Made by a program: the position numbers and the translations under genes. From Candidatus Kaiserbacteria bacterium RIFCSPHIGHO2_02_FULL_49_16 (GTDB lineage Bacteria > Patescibacteriota > Minisyncoccia > Phycocordibacterales > UBA2100), in the NCBI GenBank assembly GCA_001781465.1, contig MFLD01000043.1, positions 767 through 54,248 on the forward strand: a DNA stretch of 53,482 bases, read 5' to 3'. The notes under the pieces are model-generated. The model had not been told where the DNA came from. It saw only the letters and a program-made list of their open reading frames with translations, and did not search any database. Of the stretch, positions 36,372-45,040 are shown in pieces (within the stretch, counting starts at the first letter, position 1; every line of letters begins with the position of its first letter).

Positions 36372-38036
36372 CTAAAAAGGCAGTGACATCATTTCATTTT
36401 GCGACACAAAAGAAACTGGCACCTCCACATCAGCAGGAAAACTAAACAGTGAATCAAGCATGCCAATTTCAACGTTATTGTAATCGTATCGGTTACCTTT
36501 CATCGCGTGACGTATTAAGTCTTTTATTATGGAAATGATTCGCTTTTTGTCTGCAGACGAAACCCAAAACGGATACGGAAGTCTCTCAAAATCTTTCCCC
36601 TGAATATTCTTAGTATGGTTTATTACTTCTTTAAGTATTCTATTACACTGACGGGTTAGAGACCATCCAAGCGCAAAGTATATTTCATCTTTCGCTACAT
36701 GCTCGCGAGGAAATGCACAGGGAGCCCCGCTATCAAGAATATAACCTGCTGGCAAGTACTTCATGTGCATCCGGCTCGCAATCAATTGCCACGTGATGCC
36801 TTCCCGCATGAAATATGGCTGCCCCCCAACGCCGCGCAAGTACCAATTACCCCCTTTCTTATAGGTTAAAACTGCATCCCCATCGTCTTTCCAATAAATC
36901 ATGTGTGTCGGTGGGTTATATATGATCGAGTTGTTTGCTTTATTGTAAGGAAGGTAATGCTTATGCGGGATAGCAATCTCACGCGGAGTGCTCAATCGCT
37001 CGATTGACACTGCGCGCCGAGTCGCTCCTGTCTTTTCTTTATCTTCGATTTCCCAAATCAATTTATCAGAAAGTTTGCCCAGCCGTGCTTTTTCTAATTC
37101 AGTTTTTAAGGTGATTGGCATCTCAGAGAATGAAAAGCGGTATGGCTCATATATTTTCCCGTTTATAATCTCTCGAACGAAATATTCGTTCTTTCCCGTG
37201 GTCATGCCACTTGTAGCGACAAAGAAATCGCCCATTCGAGATCCTGAAAAATATTTCTCAAGCTCCTGTTTCAATCCGAATGACAGATTGCCAGTTTTAT
37301 TGATACTTTCGTGTGAGAGAGGGCTTGAATGAACAGACACTTTTCCCGGTACGCCTCTATGGGTATACCGCAATATGACCATAGGATGAGTTGTTTCGTC
37401 TGAAAATGTCGGCAAGCGTTTAATTTCAATATCGCCGTTATGCATAAGATATGACCGAAGTCCGCGCATGGTATTGATTGTCAGAAATGTGTCGGAACAA
37501 ATGAACGCAAGACTACCGCCTCGCTTCAAGAGGTCGGTACTTTTCACAATGAAAAATGCGTATGTCTCTTTCTTTATTTTCTCACCATTACGCACACCGA
37601 ACATTGCGTCTAGAGCATCTTCGATAGAAGGGTCGAATGAGCCGCCAAAAGGCGGGTTACCGACAACGAAATCAAAATGAGTAGGAAATATTGTGCGGAA
37701 GAAATCGCCGTGAACAAGGTTGTGTTTTGATGGCATATAACCCCACCGATTACGTATATTCTGTAAACAATTCTCGTATAGATTCTTGTCCAGCTCGATA
37801 CCCCAAATATTTTCAGAAAGTATGCGTGAGAGACGTTCTTCGATGGAACCACTGTAAAGCGTGATGAATCTTTCAATGAGGGGGATTATGAAAGAGCCAT
37901 CGCCCATGCTCGGCTCCAAAAACTTATGATTCTTCGCAAGCGCGATTGTATCTACTATGCTTGAGGCCAAGGGTAGCGGAGTAAGGAACTGTCCCATTTG
38001 CCTCTTCTGGTTCCGCTTTAATTTTGTAGTGCTCAT
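36372..38036 (-). CDS. Amino (N6-adenine-type) DNA methyltransferase, gamma class
   Basis: GQFLTP (X), LEPSMGDG (I), GIELD, VGNPPF (IV), long C-terminal target-recognition region. Confidence 0.9.
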   Translation of the reverse strand: MSTTKLKRNQKRQMGQFLTPLPLASSIVDTIALAKNHKFLEPSMGDGSFIIPLIERFITLYSGSIEERLSRILSENIWGIELDKNLYENCLQNIRNRWGYMPSKHNLVHGDFFRTIFPTHFDFVVGNPPFGGSFDPSIEDALDAMFGVRNGEKIKKETYAFFIVKSTDLLKRGGSLAFICSDTFLTINTMRGLRSYLMHNGDIEIKRLPTFSDETTHPMVILRYTHRGVPGKVSVHSSPLSHESINKTGNLSFGLKQELEKYFSGSRMGDFFVATSGMTTGKNEYFVREIINGKIYEPYRFSFSEMPITLKTELEKARLGKLSDKLIWEIEDKEKTGATRRAVSIERLSTPREIAIPHKHYLPYNKANNSIIYNPPTHMIYWKDDGDAVLTYKKGGNWYLRGVGGQPYFMREGITWQLIASRMHMKYLPAGYILDSGAPCAFPREHVAKDEIYFALGWSLTRQCNRILKEVINHTKNIQGKDFERLPYPFWVSSADKKRIISIIKDLIRHAMKGNRYDYNNVEIGMLDSLFSFPADVEVPVSFVSQNEMMSLPF

Positions 38037-38737
38037 AGAAAATTATATGCTGCCTGTGTCTGTGGCGTTACGATATGTCGTGATTCGTCGTAGAGCATTG
38101 CCTTTGCTTTGAGGCGCTTTAGAACTCTCTTTCTATTTGTCGCGAGCCTCCTATCGCCACCCTCGAGCATTTCTACGAGCCGTCGAACTTTCTCTCCGAG
38201 CGTTCTCTTTTTTGGTACCACGCCAGATTCTACGGATTTGAAAAACAGCCCTGCCTTGAGCATAATTTGCCCCGGACCAGAGTCGTGTGCCATGTAGTCT
38301 AGATAATCCAAAAGGTCAACAAGATGCACCTCGCATGACATCTTTGCCCCAATAGATACCTTAACAATTAAGAGATAGTAAGAATCGATCTTGTGATCCA
38401 AAAGAGCGTCTAGCAATTTCTTTAACGACACCATGTTCGGCTGACCCTTCGCACCAGTAATGCTCGTCTTTACGTTGATGGGATGATAAATACCTTTGCT
38501 CGGAAACCACACATCACCCATTGAGCGAGTCACGGTACCGCCTTTTGCCGTCCGATGATAGACAGCTTTGAAGGTCTGCTCAAGAAGCGCAGTGGTCTCT
38601 TCATCGATAAAGTCTGCCATCCTGTGTCCTACTTCTTTTCCCCTTGCTCTATCTATGAATGATTCACTTTTAACAGCCGCGTCCCAAAACTTCTGCGTAG
38701 TTTTCAGTATAGTTTTCTGTGCCTTCTCCTCTATCAT
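38033..38737 (-). CDS. Putative type II restriction endonuclease
   Basis: ATGA overlap with the MTase; GDVWF...PINVKTS resembles a PD-(D/E)xK variant. Confidence 0.6.
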   Translation of the reverse strand: MIEEKAQKTILKTTQKFWDAAVKSESFIDRARGKEVGHRMADFIDEETTALLEQTFKAVYHRTAKGGTVTRSMGDVWFPSKGIYHPINVKTSITGAKGQPNMVSLKKLLDALLDHKIDSYYLLIVKVSIGAKMSCEVHLVDLLDYLDYMAHDSGPGQIMLKAGLFFKSVESGVVPKKRTLGEKVRRLVEMLEGGDRRLATNRKRVLKRLKAKAMLYDESRHIVTPQTQAAYNFL

Positions 38738-38843
38738 GCACCAATCATACTACATCCTTGGTCAATGACCTCATCACCACAATTATCGCTTTTGGCGAAC
38801 TGGCCAAGTTTGTGCAGGGGCGGGTGTATGGGATAATGCGGGA

Positions 38844-39128
38844 ATGGAAGAAAAAAACGAACTGCGGGAATTGCGGGCAGAGATAGACTCAGTAGACGAG
38901 GACGTTCTCAATTCCCTTGCCAAGCGCACTGCGCTCGTCAAAAAAATCGGGCGATACAAGGCCACTCATAACATCGAGGCTGTTGATGAAGGAAGGCGCG
39001 ACGCTATTCTAAAAATGTGGGTGGAGAAAGGCGAGGCGCTTGGGCTATCAAAGGAATTCGTGACTGACATCAATAAGCTCGTGCATGATTACTCTGTTTC
39101 TGTCGAGAAAAATCGCAAAGATATTTAG
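38844..39128 (+). CDS. Chorismate mutase (AroQ type II)
   Basis: LRELRAEIDSVD..L..LAKR..LV..IGRYK...D.GR. Confidence 0.9.
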   Translation: MEEKNELRELRAEIDSVDEDVLNSLAKRTALVKKIGRYKATHNIEAVDEGRRDAILKMWVEKGEALGLSKEFVTDINKLVHDYSVSVEKNRKDI

Positions 39129-40444
39129 CGCGCCGAGGCCGCAATGAACGTTGTGTAATTAGTTTTGAGGTCTTGGATTGATTTTTCGAGGATTTTTAAT
39201 TTATAGAGTTTGGCGGCAGCGGCAGATGCGATAACGGCAGTTGAACGTGGTAATTTGTCCGCCGCCAAATCTTCCGCTGCTTTTGCAGTGTCCTCATATT
39301 CTTCTATTTTCGTACTCGGCCACTCGCTCTTCAAATACGCGCGGCACTGTTTGAGCGCCTGTTCGTGCGATGTAATGGTCGTTATTTCGCTCTTCCCCAT
39401 GCCCTCGCGGACCAAAAGATTTTGATGTATATCTATATCGAAGAGCTTTTTTATATCAAAGTTGTGTTTCGCCATAGCGTGAACGGTTTCGGTGACGACG
39501 CCGCCGGTCGAATTTTCAATAGGAAAAATACCGAGGCCAATAGCCCTCCCTTCAAGCGAAGAAAGCACGTTTTCAACAGAGATTAGGTATGCGAGCGAAA
39601 ATTCCTTCAGATTGCTGGTTTTTGCGTATTCTCTTGCCGCCTCTTCGGAAAAGCTACCCTCCGCGCCGGATATCCCAATCCTCAAGTTATCTTTCTCTTG
39701 AACATCTACCGGTTCCTGTAGCAAACCGCGAACTTTTTCCTCGGCGCTTTTAAATCGAGCAAGTACATCTTTGCAGTATGGGTTATACCGGAACACGTCG
39801 CGGAATAATTTCTCGTCGCGACGCACACTCTCCACCGCGTCCATAAGGTAGCCGAACGAGACGGTGTCGATATCGGTGCGCCTGAAACCGCCCTCCAAAA
39901 CCCCCTGCCCGATGAGGTGCGTTAGGAAAAGCGTTTCCGCGATTTGCTTGTCGTGGCTATCAGCCGTCATTTCAACCACGTTAAATCCGCATTGTTTTAA
40001 GAATGCCGCGAGCGCTTTGTATTCTTCCACTTCTAGCGAGCCATCTGTTATCACAATTCTAAAACCTTTCACATCGCCCGCGCGCTTTTCGTAACTTTCC
40101 GGACCCCACATCGGGTGTGCTGCAATGTAGCGGCGACCTTTTGCCAGTTTTTTCAAGAGCCCGGAGGTGTGTACTTTTACAGTAGCGATGTCCACGATTA
40201 CCGTGTCTTTTCCGGCAAGCGGGACGACTTTCGCAAGCACCTCCTCAAACGCGTGAATCGGCACTGTAAGAATGACGGCATCGCACTGCGCCGTGTCTGC
40301 AAGCGAGAAATATTTCTTATTGTCCGGCTCTTGCTCGCGCGAAAAAACTCGCACTTGAATTGAAGGCGCGAAGCGCTGGAAAAGCGTAAAAGCAAGTGCG
40401 CCGAACGAGCCGTATCCCACGATGCCGATGGTCTTGATTCTCAT
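39125..40444 (-). CDS. Prephenate dehydrogenase / prephenate dehydratase fusion
   Basis: N-terminal GIVGYGSFG, DIATVK, HPMWGP, HDKQIA; C-terminal G.EGSFSE.A, PIENSTGG, SHEQALKQC, TAKAA, IQD..TNYTTF. Confidence 0.85.
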   Translation of the reverse strand: MRIKTIGIVGYGSFGALAFTLFQRFAPSIQVRVFSREQEPDNKKYFSLADTAQCDAVILTVPIHAFEEVLAKVVPLAGKDTVIVDIATVKVHTSGLLKKLAKGRRYIAAHPMWGPESYEKRAGDVKGFRIVITDGSLEVEEYKALAAFLKQCGFNVVEMTADSHDKQIAETLFLTHLIGQGVLEGGFRRTDIDTVSFGYLMDAVESVRRDEKLFRDVFRYNPYCKDVLARFKSAEEKVRGLLQEPVDVQEKDNLRIGISGAEGSFSEEAAREYAKTSNLKEFSLAYLISVENVLSSLEGRAIGLGIFPIENSTGGVVTETVHAMAKHNFDIKKLFDIDIHQNLLVREGMGKSEITTITSHEQALKQCRAYLKSEWPSTKIEEYEDTAKAAEDLAADKLPRSTAVIASAAAAKLYKLKILEKSIQDLKTNYTTFIAASAR

Positions 40445-40501
40445 GCGTGGATTATACTACGGGACGCGCGCAACTATCTCCGCGTTGCAAACCAACACAG
40501 G

Positions 40502-40549
40502 AATGACAATACGATAGATGTACATATGTACATCTATCGTATTGTCATT
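40502..40549. repeat. 48-bp perfect palindrome
   Basis: aatgacaatacgatagatgtacat|atgtacatctatcgtattgtcatt. Confidence 0.9.
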
Positions 40550-40646
40550 GAAACGAATAAAAAATAAATAGCAAGAAATGTGGCGAGAAATATTGACCCC
40601 GGCACCATCCGCCTTCGGCGGAGCTACGGGGCGGGACGTGATATAG

Positions 40647-41555
40647 CTACCTCCGATTCGCAAAATAACGTTCCGTTGAAACAAGGAGGGGCGTTGCTAA
40701 AAAGATTGACGAGTACGTGCCAGCGATAATTCCGACGAGAAGCGTCAATGCAAAATCTTTCGTGGAAGCGGGACCGAGGAAAAAGAGCGCGAGGAGCGTT
40801 ATCAAAACGGTGAGCGAGGTGTTTATGGAGCGCACGAATGTCTGCCCCAAGCTTCGACCTGCCGTTTCCGCGAAATCTTCTCGCCGGCCTCGTTCTTGAT
40901 TCACTCGCAGATTTTCCCGCACGCGATCAAAGACGACGATGGTGTCGTGGATAGAAAAACCGAGAACCGTTAGAATCGCCGTCACAAACAAAGTATCCAC
41001 CTGCGCTCCGAGGAAATATCCTAGCGCTGCGTAAAAGCCGACAGGCACGATTACATCGTGAACGAGAGTAACAAGCGCAATTAGTCCGTATATCCAGGAC
41101 GAAACGGGCTGTGAGACTTTTCGGAAAGCGAAAGCGATAAAAAGAAGAATCGCGAGCATAACAAGTCCGAGAGCGATGATTGCCTTGTTTCGCAACTCCA
41201 GCCCGACAGTCGGCCCGACTTCAGTCAATTCGGAAATCGAGGCAGGAAATCCGCCATGAACGGAAAAAGTCGCTGGTAGAGATGAGCGCATTTCGTTCGT
41301 GAGAGACCCTGTGCGCAGGATGTAATCATTTTCCCCTGCTCCGCGAAGCGAGTAGCCCTTAAATCCTGCCTCATCAAGCGTCAGAGAAAGCACTTTTGCA
41401 TCGGGCCGTCCTTTCTCGTATTTAACTTGTACGAGAGTTCCACCAGTGAAATCAGTTCCCTGATGCAATCCGAAGAAAATAAGCGCGCCGAGCGCGAGCG
41501 CCACAATCGTCCCGGTAATTGCGAAGAAAACTTTTCTGTGTTTGACTATAAACAT
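40647..41555 (-). CDS. secF: Protein translocase subunit SecF
   Basis: GTDFTGG, VGPTVG, LVHDV, GFSIHDTIVVFDRVREN, RSINTS, GTYSSIFLA. Confidence 0.96.
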   Translation of the reverse strand: MFIVKHRKVFFAITGTIVALALGALIFFGLHQGTDFTGGTLVQVKYEKGRPDAKVLSLTLDEAGFKGYSLRGAGENDYILRTGSLTNEMRSSLPATFSVHGGFPASISELTEVGPTVGLELRNKAIIALGLVMLAILLFIAFAFRKVSQPVSSWIYGLIALVTLVHDVIVPVGFYAALGYFLGAQVDTLFVTAILTVLGFSIHDTIVVFDRVRENLRVNQERGRREDFAETAGRSLGQTFVRSINTSLTVLITLLALFFLGPASTKDFALTLLVGIIAGTYSSIFLATPLLVSTERYFANRR

Positions 41556-41560
41556 AATGG

Positions 41561-41620
41561 ATAGTTAGTGGTCGATAGTTAGTAGTTATACAAGATACGA
41601 TATACACGATACAAGATACT
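41561..41620. repeat. Heptamer array filling the secD-secF spacer
   Basis: atagtta gtggtcg atagtta gtagtta tacaaga tacgata tacacga tacaaga tact. Confidence 0.75.
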
Positions 41621-43006
41621 TCATGCTCTTGTCCCGCTTCCGAAAAGAAAGTGGGCAAATTTGCCTCGGGCATCAACCCCGAGGGCCATTAGGAAAGTTC
41701 GGGAGACGGAAATCGCTGTGAGCATTGAAACCAAAACGCCAAGACCGAAGACAAGCGCGAACCCTTTGATTAGCGAAGTTCCGAACCAGAAAAGAATGAC
41801 GGCGGTAATCATACTGGAGATATTACTGTCGCGGATGGACGGCCACGCGCGAGAAAAACCATCATGAATAGCTTCCGCCGAATTTTTACCATTCTCTAAT
41901 TCTTCTCTAGTCCGTTCAAAAATCAGAATGTTCGCGTCCACCGCCATGCCAATAGAAAGAATAAAGGCAGCGATGCCGGCAGCCGTGAGCGTTACCGGAA
42001 TGAGCTTAAACAGCGCCAAAATCGCAACGACATAAAGAGAAAGAGCTACAACAGAAACAACTCCCGGAAGACGGTACCAAAAAATCATAAAAAGTCCCAC
42101 GAGCCCTATCCCCCAGAGTCCGGCCGAAATTCCTCGCGCTACTGCTTCCGCGCCCAAAGTTCCCGAGACAGTCTGCGCGCCTATGAGTTCAATCGGGACT
42201 GGAAGCGCGCCGAAACTCAAATTTCTGGCAAGCTCTTTCGCTCCGACCGCGGTGAAATTGCCGGAAATTATCGCAGTTCCATCTGGAATAGACTCCTGAA
42301 TTACAGGAGTTGAAATCGGAACGCCGTCGAGAAAAATGCCGAAATAACGGCCAACATTTTGCTTTGTCAGCTCGGCGAATATCTTTCCTCCTTCGGAATT
42401 GAAGTTAAGAGCTACCACCGGCTCGTTCGGAATCCCTCCCGGGCTCTGATTGAATTGAATCTGCGCGCTTGTTAAGTGCCTTCCCGTGATTGAGGCAGGC
42501 TCAAATATTTCGTTCGCGTTTGAAAGCGGCTGACCGGACGGAGGCGGCGTCGCATCTTTCTTTAGCAAACGAAATTCAAGAACTGGCGTCTGCCCTATGA
42601 GAGTTATGGCTTTCTGCGTGTCTGTAACTCCCGGGAGTTCCACGATAAGCCGCTCTTCTGATTGGCCTGCAAATGTCCCGCCGTGTTTCGTTTGCACAAT
42701 CGGCTCCGACACGCCGAAAAGGTTCACCCGCCGCTCAATAGTGTCGCGCAGAGACGTCATTGAGTCCGCTACTGTACTTCCCTGAATCGCATCTATTTTC
42801 GCTCGATATGTGAGTTGAGTCCCGCCGGAAAGGTCGAGGCCTAGTCTAAATGGTCGAGAACCATCAATTTGCGAGCTGTACACCAACCAACTCATTCCTG
42901 CCCCCAAAATAAAGACGAGTAGCGCCGCGACTCTGGGACGCTTATTAACAAAAGCAACCCAAGCAGCTACTAGCGCAATGACAAGTAAAACAGCAATTTT
43001 CCACAT
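41621..43006 (-). CDS. secD: Protein translocase subunit SecD
   Basis: LGLDLSGG, RVNLFGVSEP, VELPG, GALPVP, GMAVDANILIFER, DSN, GFA. Confidence 0.96.
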   Translation of the reverse strand: MWKIAVLLVIALVAAWVAFVNKRPRVAALLVFILGAGMSWLVYSSQIDGSRPFRLGLDLSGGTQLTYRAKIDAIQGSTVADSMTSLRDTIERRVNLFGVSEPIVQTKHGGTFAGQSEERLIVELPGVTDTQKAITLIGQTPVLEFRLLKKDATPPPSGQPLSNANEIFEPASITGRHLTSAQIQFNQSPGGIPNEPVVALNFNSEGGKIFAELTKQNVGRYFGIFLDGVPISTPVIQESIPDGTAIISGNFTAVGAKELARNLSFGALPVPIELIGAQTVSGTLGAEAVARGISAGLWGIGLVGLFMIFWYRLPGVVSVVALSLYVVAILALFKLIPVTLTAAGIAAFILSIGMAVDANILIFERTREELENGKNSAEAIHDGFSRAWPSIRDSNISSMITAVILFWFGTSLIKGFALVFGLGVLVSMLTAISVSRTFLMALGVDARGKFAHFLFGSGTRA

Positions 43007-43054
43007 ATTAGCGAGCAGTATACCTGTGAGAGATAAAAAAACAAAACCCTCAAT

Positions 43055-43543
43055 TTATACACTCTTTTCCGGTGGTTTCCCGACCAGATACTTCTGAATG
43101 ACTGCTTTTATTTTACGGGGCAAAGTTCCCGATACGGCAGCGACCGGAGTATATTCCGGATTATAGAATTCATAAATCGTCGCATATGGAACGCCACGGA
43201 TTTGATACTCGATGCACTCTGTGGTGCAGCTACGCGCGCTGGTAGAAAAAAGGGATGATAGGCCCGCGTCCATATCAATGTGAGTTTTTTCGGAAACCGT
43301 CCTCGTGTGTGGAACACCAGATTTTTGTATTACTTCGCCGAGCATCCCGCCAGACACCACGCTCTCGTGTACCTTGCCCAAAATCTTGATACCGGCTTCC
43401 GTAAATAAAACTATATGAAAGGACAGGACTTCGTTGTCGGCAACCCGTCGAATGCAACTAAGGCGCGTTGTTCTGTCCTGAAAAATAATCTGAAGGCGGA
43501 TTTCGCCGAATGTGTCGCGTAAATTTTCTGAAATGAGTGGCAT
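43055..43543 (-). CDS. Hypothetical protein
   Basis: 162-aa ORF filling the space upstream of secD; no motif recognised with confidence. Confidence 0.6.
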   Translation of the reverse strand: MPLISENLRDTFGEIRLQIIFQDRTTRLSCIRRVADNEVLSFHIVLFTEAGIKILGKVHESVVSGGMLGEVIQKSGVPHTRTVSEKTHIDMDAGLSSLFSTSARSCTTECIEYQIRGVPYATIYEFYNPEYTPVAAVSGTLPRKIKAVIQKYLVGKPPEKSV

Positions 43544-43630
43544 GTTAGTTTTTCTTAACGAGTAATCGAGTTTACCTGCCCGCCAATGCCAGCGCGATAA
43601 AGTTAGGTATGTATCCCCTCAATGCAAGTA

Positions 43631-44107
43631 CTAAGAATTCCAATGTTTCCAAGCCAATTTCGCAACAGGTACAAGAATTGCGCCAAGAATTAGAAAACCT
43701 GCTGTCCACCTGTACTGCTCTGGAAATAGCGGCCAAAGGTAGGCAATTACGAGAACTCCAATCACTAGGAGGGCTACAATTCCTAGTTTCACGCCTACGG
43801 TCGCTTTCTCATGAACACGACCCCCGTCAGTAAGCAGTTTCTGGCTTGATTGAGCTACAGAATCAACATTCTGCGTCAAAAGTGTCGTGGTCTTTGTAAG
43901 ATTCTGGACACTTTGATTCAATTCGTTAAGACTATTGCGGTGCAACACGGTGGCATATGCAAGATTTGAGACATGCGTAAGTAATCTTGTAGAGGCGGAG
44001 ACGGCAACCCGAACATAATGAATAATATCTTCTTGACTTGATATATTGATATTCTTCGCTTCCTCCAGAATTATTTGTATCTCTTGATTGATTTCATCTT
44101 TCCCCAT
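43631..44107 (-). CDS. Hypothetical coiled-coil protein with two C-terminal TM helices
   Basis: Heptad-rich middle and two hydrophobic segments; TAATAT 6 nt upstream of ATG. Confidence 0.7.
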   Translation of the reverse strand: MGKDEINQEIQIILEEAKNINISSQEDIIHYVRVAVSASTRLLTHVSNLAYATVLHRNSLNELNQSVQNLTKTTTLLTQNVDSVAQSSQKLLTDGGRVHEKATVGVKLGIVALLVIGVLVIAYLWPLFPEQYRWTAGFLILGAILVPVAKLAWKHWNS

Positions 44108-44153
44108 GTCGCCATATTACTACATTAAGAAAAAAGTAGTAGAATGCGTCGTA

Positions 44154-44582
44154 ATGCCGAAAGATTTTGACACATGGAATACCGAGAAAAAACATCTTGA
44201 TTCTATTGGCGAGTTAGATTTTCCACATCCCAAGCGTCGCCAAGTATGGTGGTGTTCTGTCGGGGAAAATATTGGTAGTGAACAAGGTGTATCGGAAGGT
44301 TTTGAGCGCCCCGTACTAGTATTGAAGGTCTTTGGAAGCATGTTTTGGGGTATTCCTATCACTAGCTCAGACCCAGAGGGCAAAAAAGCGACAAATCCGC
44401 TGTATTTCAATTTGGGAGGAATATCTTATACTAACCAAAACGGTGAAGAGAAAACACTCGTAGGCTTTATCGCTACGCATCAAATGCGTTCTTATGATGG
44501 ACGACGTCTCAAGCGTAAACTTTTTAAGATGGACTTAGAGTTGTTTAATACAATATTGCAAATAGTGAGAGGGCATATATAA
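44154..44582 (+). CDS. PemK/MazF-like endoribonuclease toxin
   Basis: KDFDTWN..KK, VWWCSVGENIGSEQ, FERPVLVLK, GIPITS, QMRSYD.RRL; start trimmed to ATG 44154. Confidence 0.85.
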   Translation: MPKDFDTWNTEKKHLDSIGELDFPHPKRRQVWWCSVGENIGSEQGVSEGFERPVLVLKVFGSMFWGIPITSSDPEGKKATNPLYFNLGGISYTNQNGEEKTLVGFIATHQMRSYDGRRLKRKLFKMDLELFNTILQIVRGHI

Positions 44583-44612
44583 AAACGAAAGCCCGCTTTT
44601 GGCGGACTTTCT
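44580..44612 (-). terminator. Intrinsic terminator on the minus strand, convergent with the toxin stop
   Basis: Minus strand gaaagtccgc-caaaa-gcgggctttc-gttttt. Confidence 0.6.
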
Positions 44613-44689
44613 CGGAACCCCCACTAAGAGGTATACATACATGGTATCATATTTGTATGTTACAAGTCAATCGTTGTGGATAGCGGAAT

Positions 44690-44878
44690 ATGGCTCAAAA
44701 TAACGACAGAAATAAGTTCCTAGATTTGCTTCACAGAGCAATCATGTTTTGGAAGCCCGTGCAACCAACATTCGAAACAACGAGACAGGAGAAAAACGCT
44801 GATTGTAACGATACGCAAACTCGTTCACACAAGACTGCAGGTGCTGACGAGAAACCGAATGATAAGTCCCCCGAATAG
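44690..44878 (+). CDS. Small hypothetical protein overlapping the IS1595 remnant on the opposite strand
   Basis: 62-aa ORF; may be a shadow of the transposase 3' end. Confidence 0.3.
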   Translation: MAQNNDRNKFLDLLHRAIMFWKPVQPTFETTRQEKNADCNDTQTRSHKTAGADEKPNDKSPE

Positions 44879-45040
44879 AGCGCTTTAACTTACTCCAAAA
44901 TCCCTCTATCGTGTTCGTACGGATGTTCCCGCGAACATACACCTTTGCGCTGTGGTTGATTACTTTGCGGTCATAGTGGCGGTCTAGCCAGTTGTACGCG
45001 CGGTAATCGTCCGTCGTGAGATTTGTACCGTTTTCTACGT
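44742..45040 (-). pseudogene. IS1595-family transposase, C-terminal fragment
   Basis: TTDDYRAY, VINHS..YVRG, TNTIEGFWSKLKR.I.GTYH.VS..HL..CVNEF.YRYN; the N-terminal part is missing and the fragment abuts the pabB stop. Confidence 0.88.
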
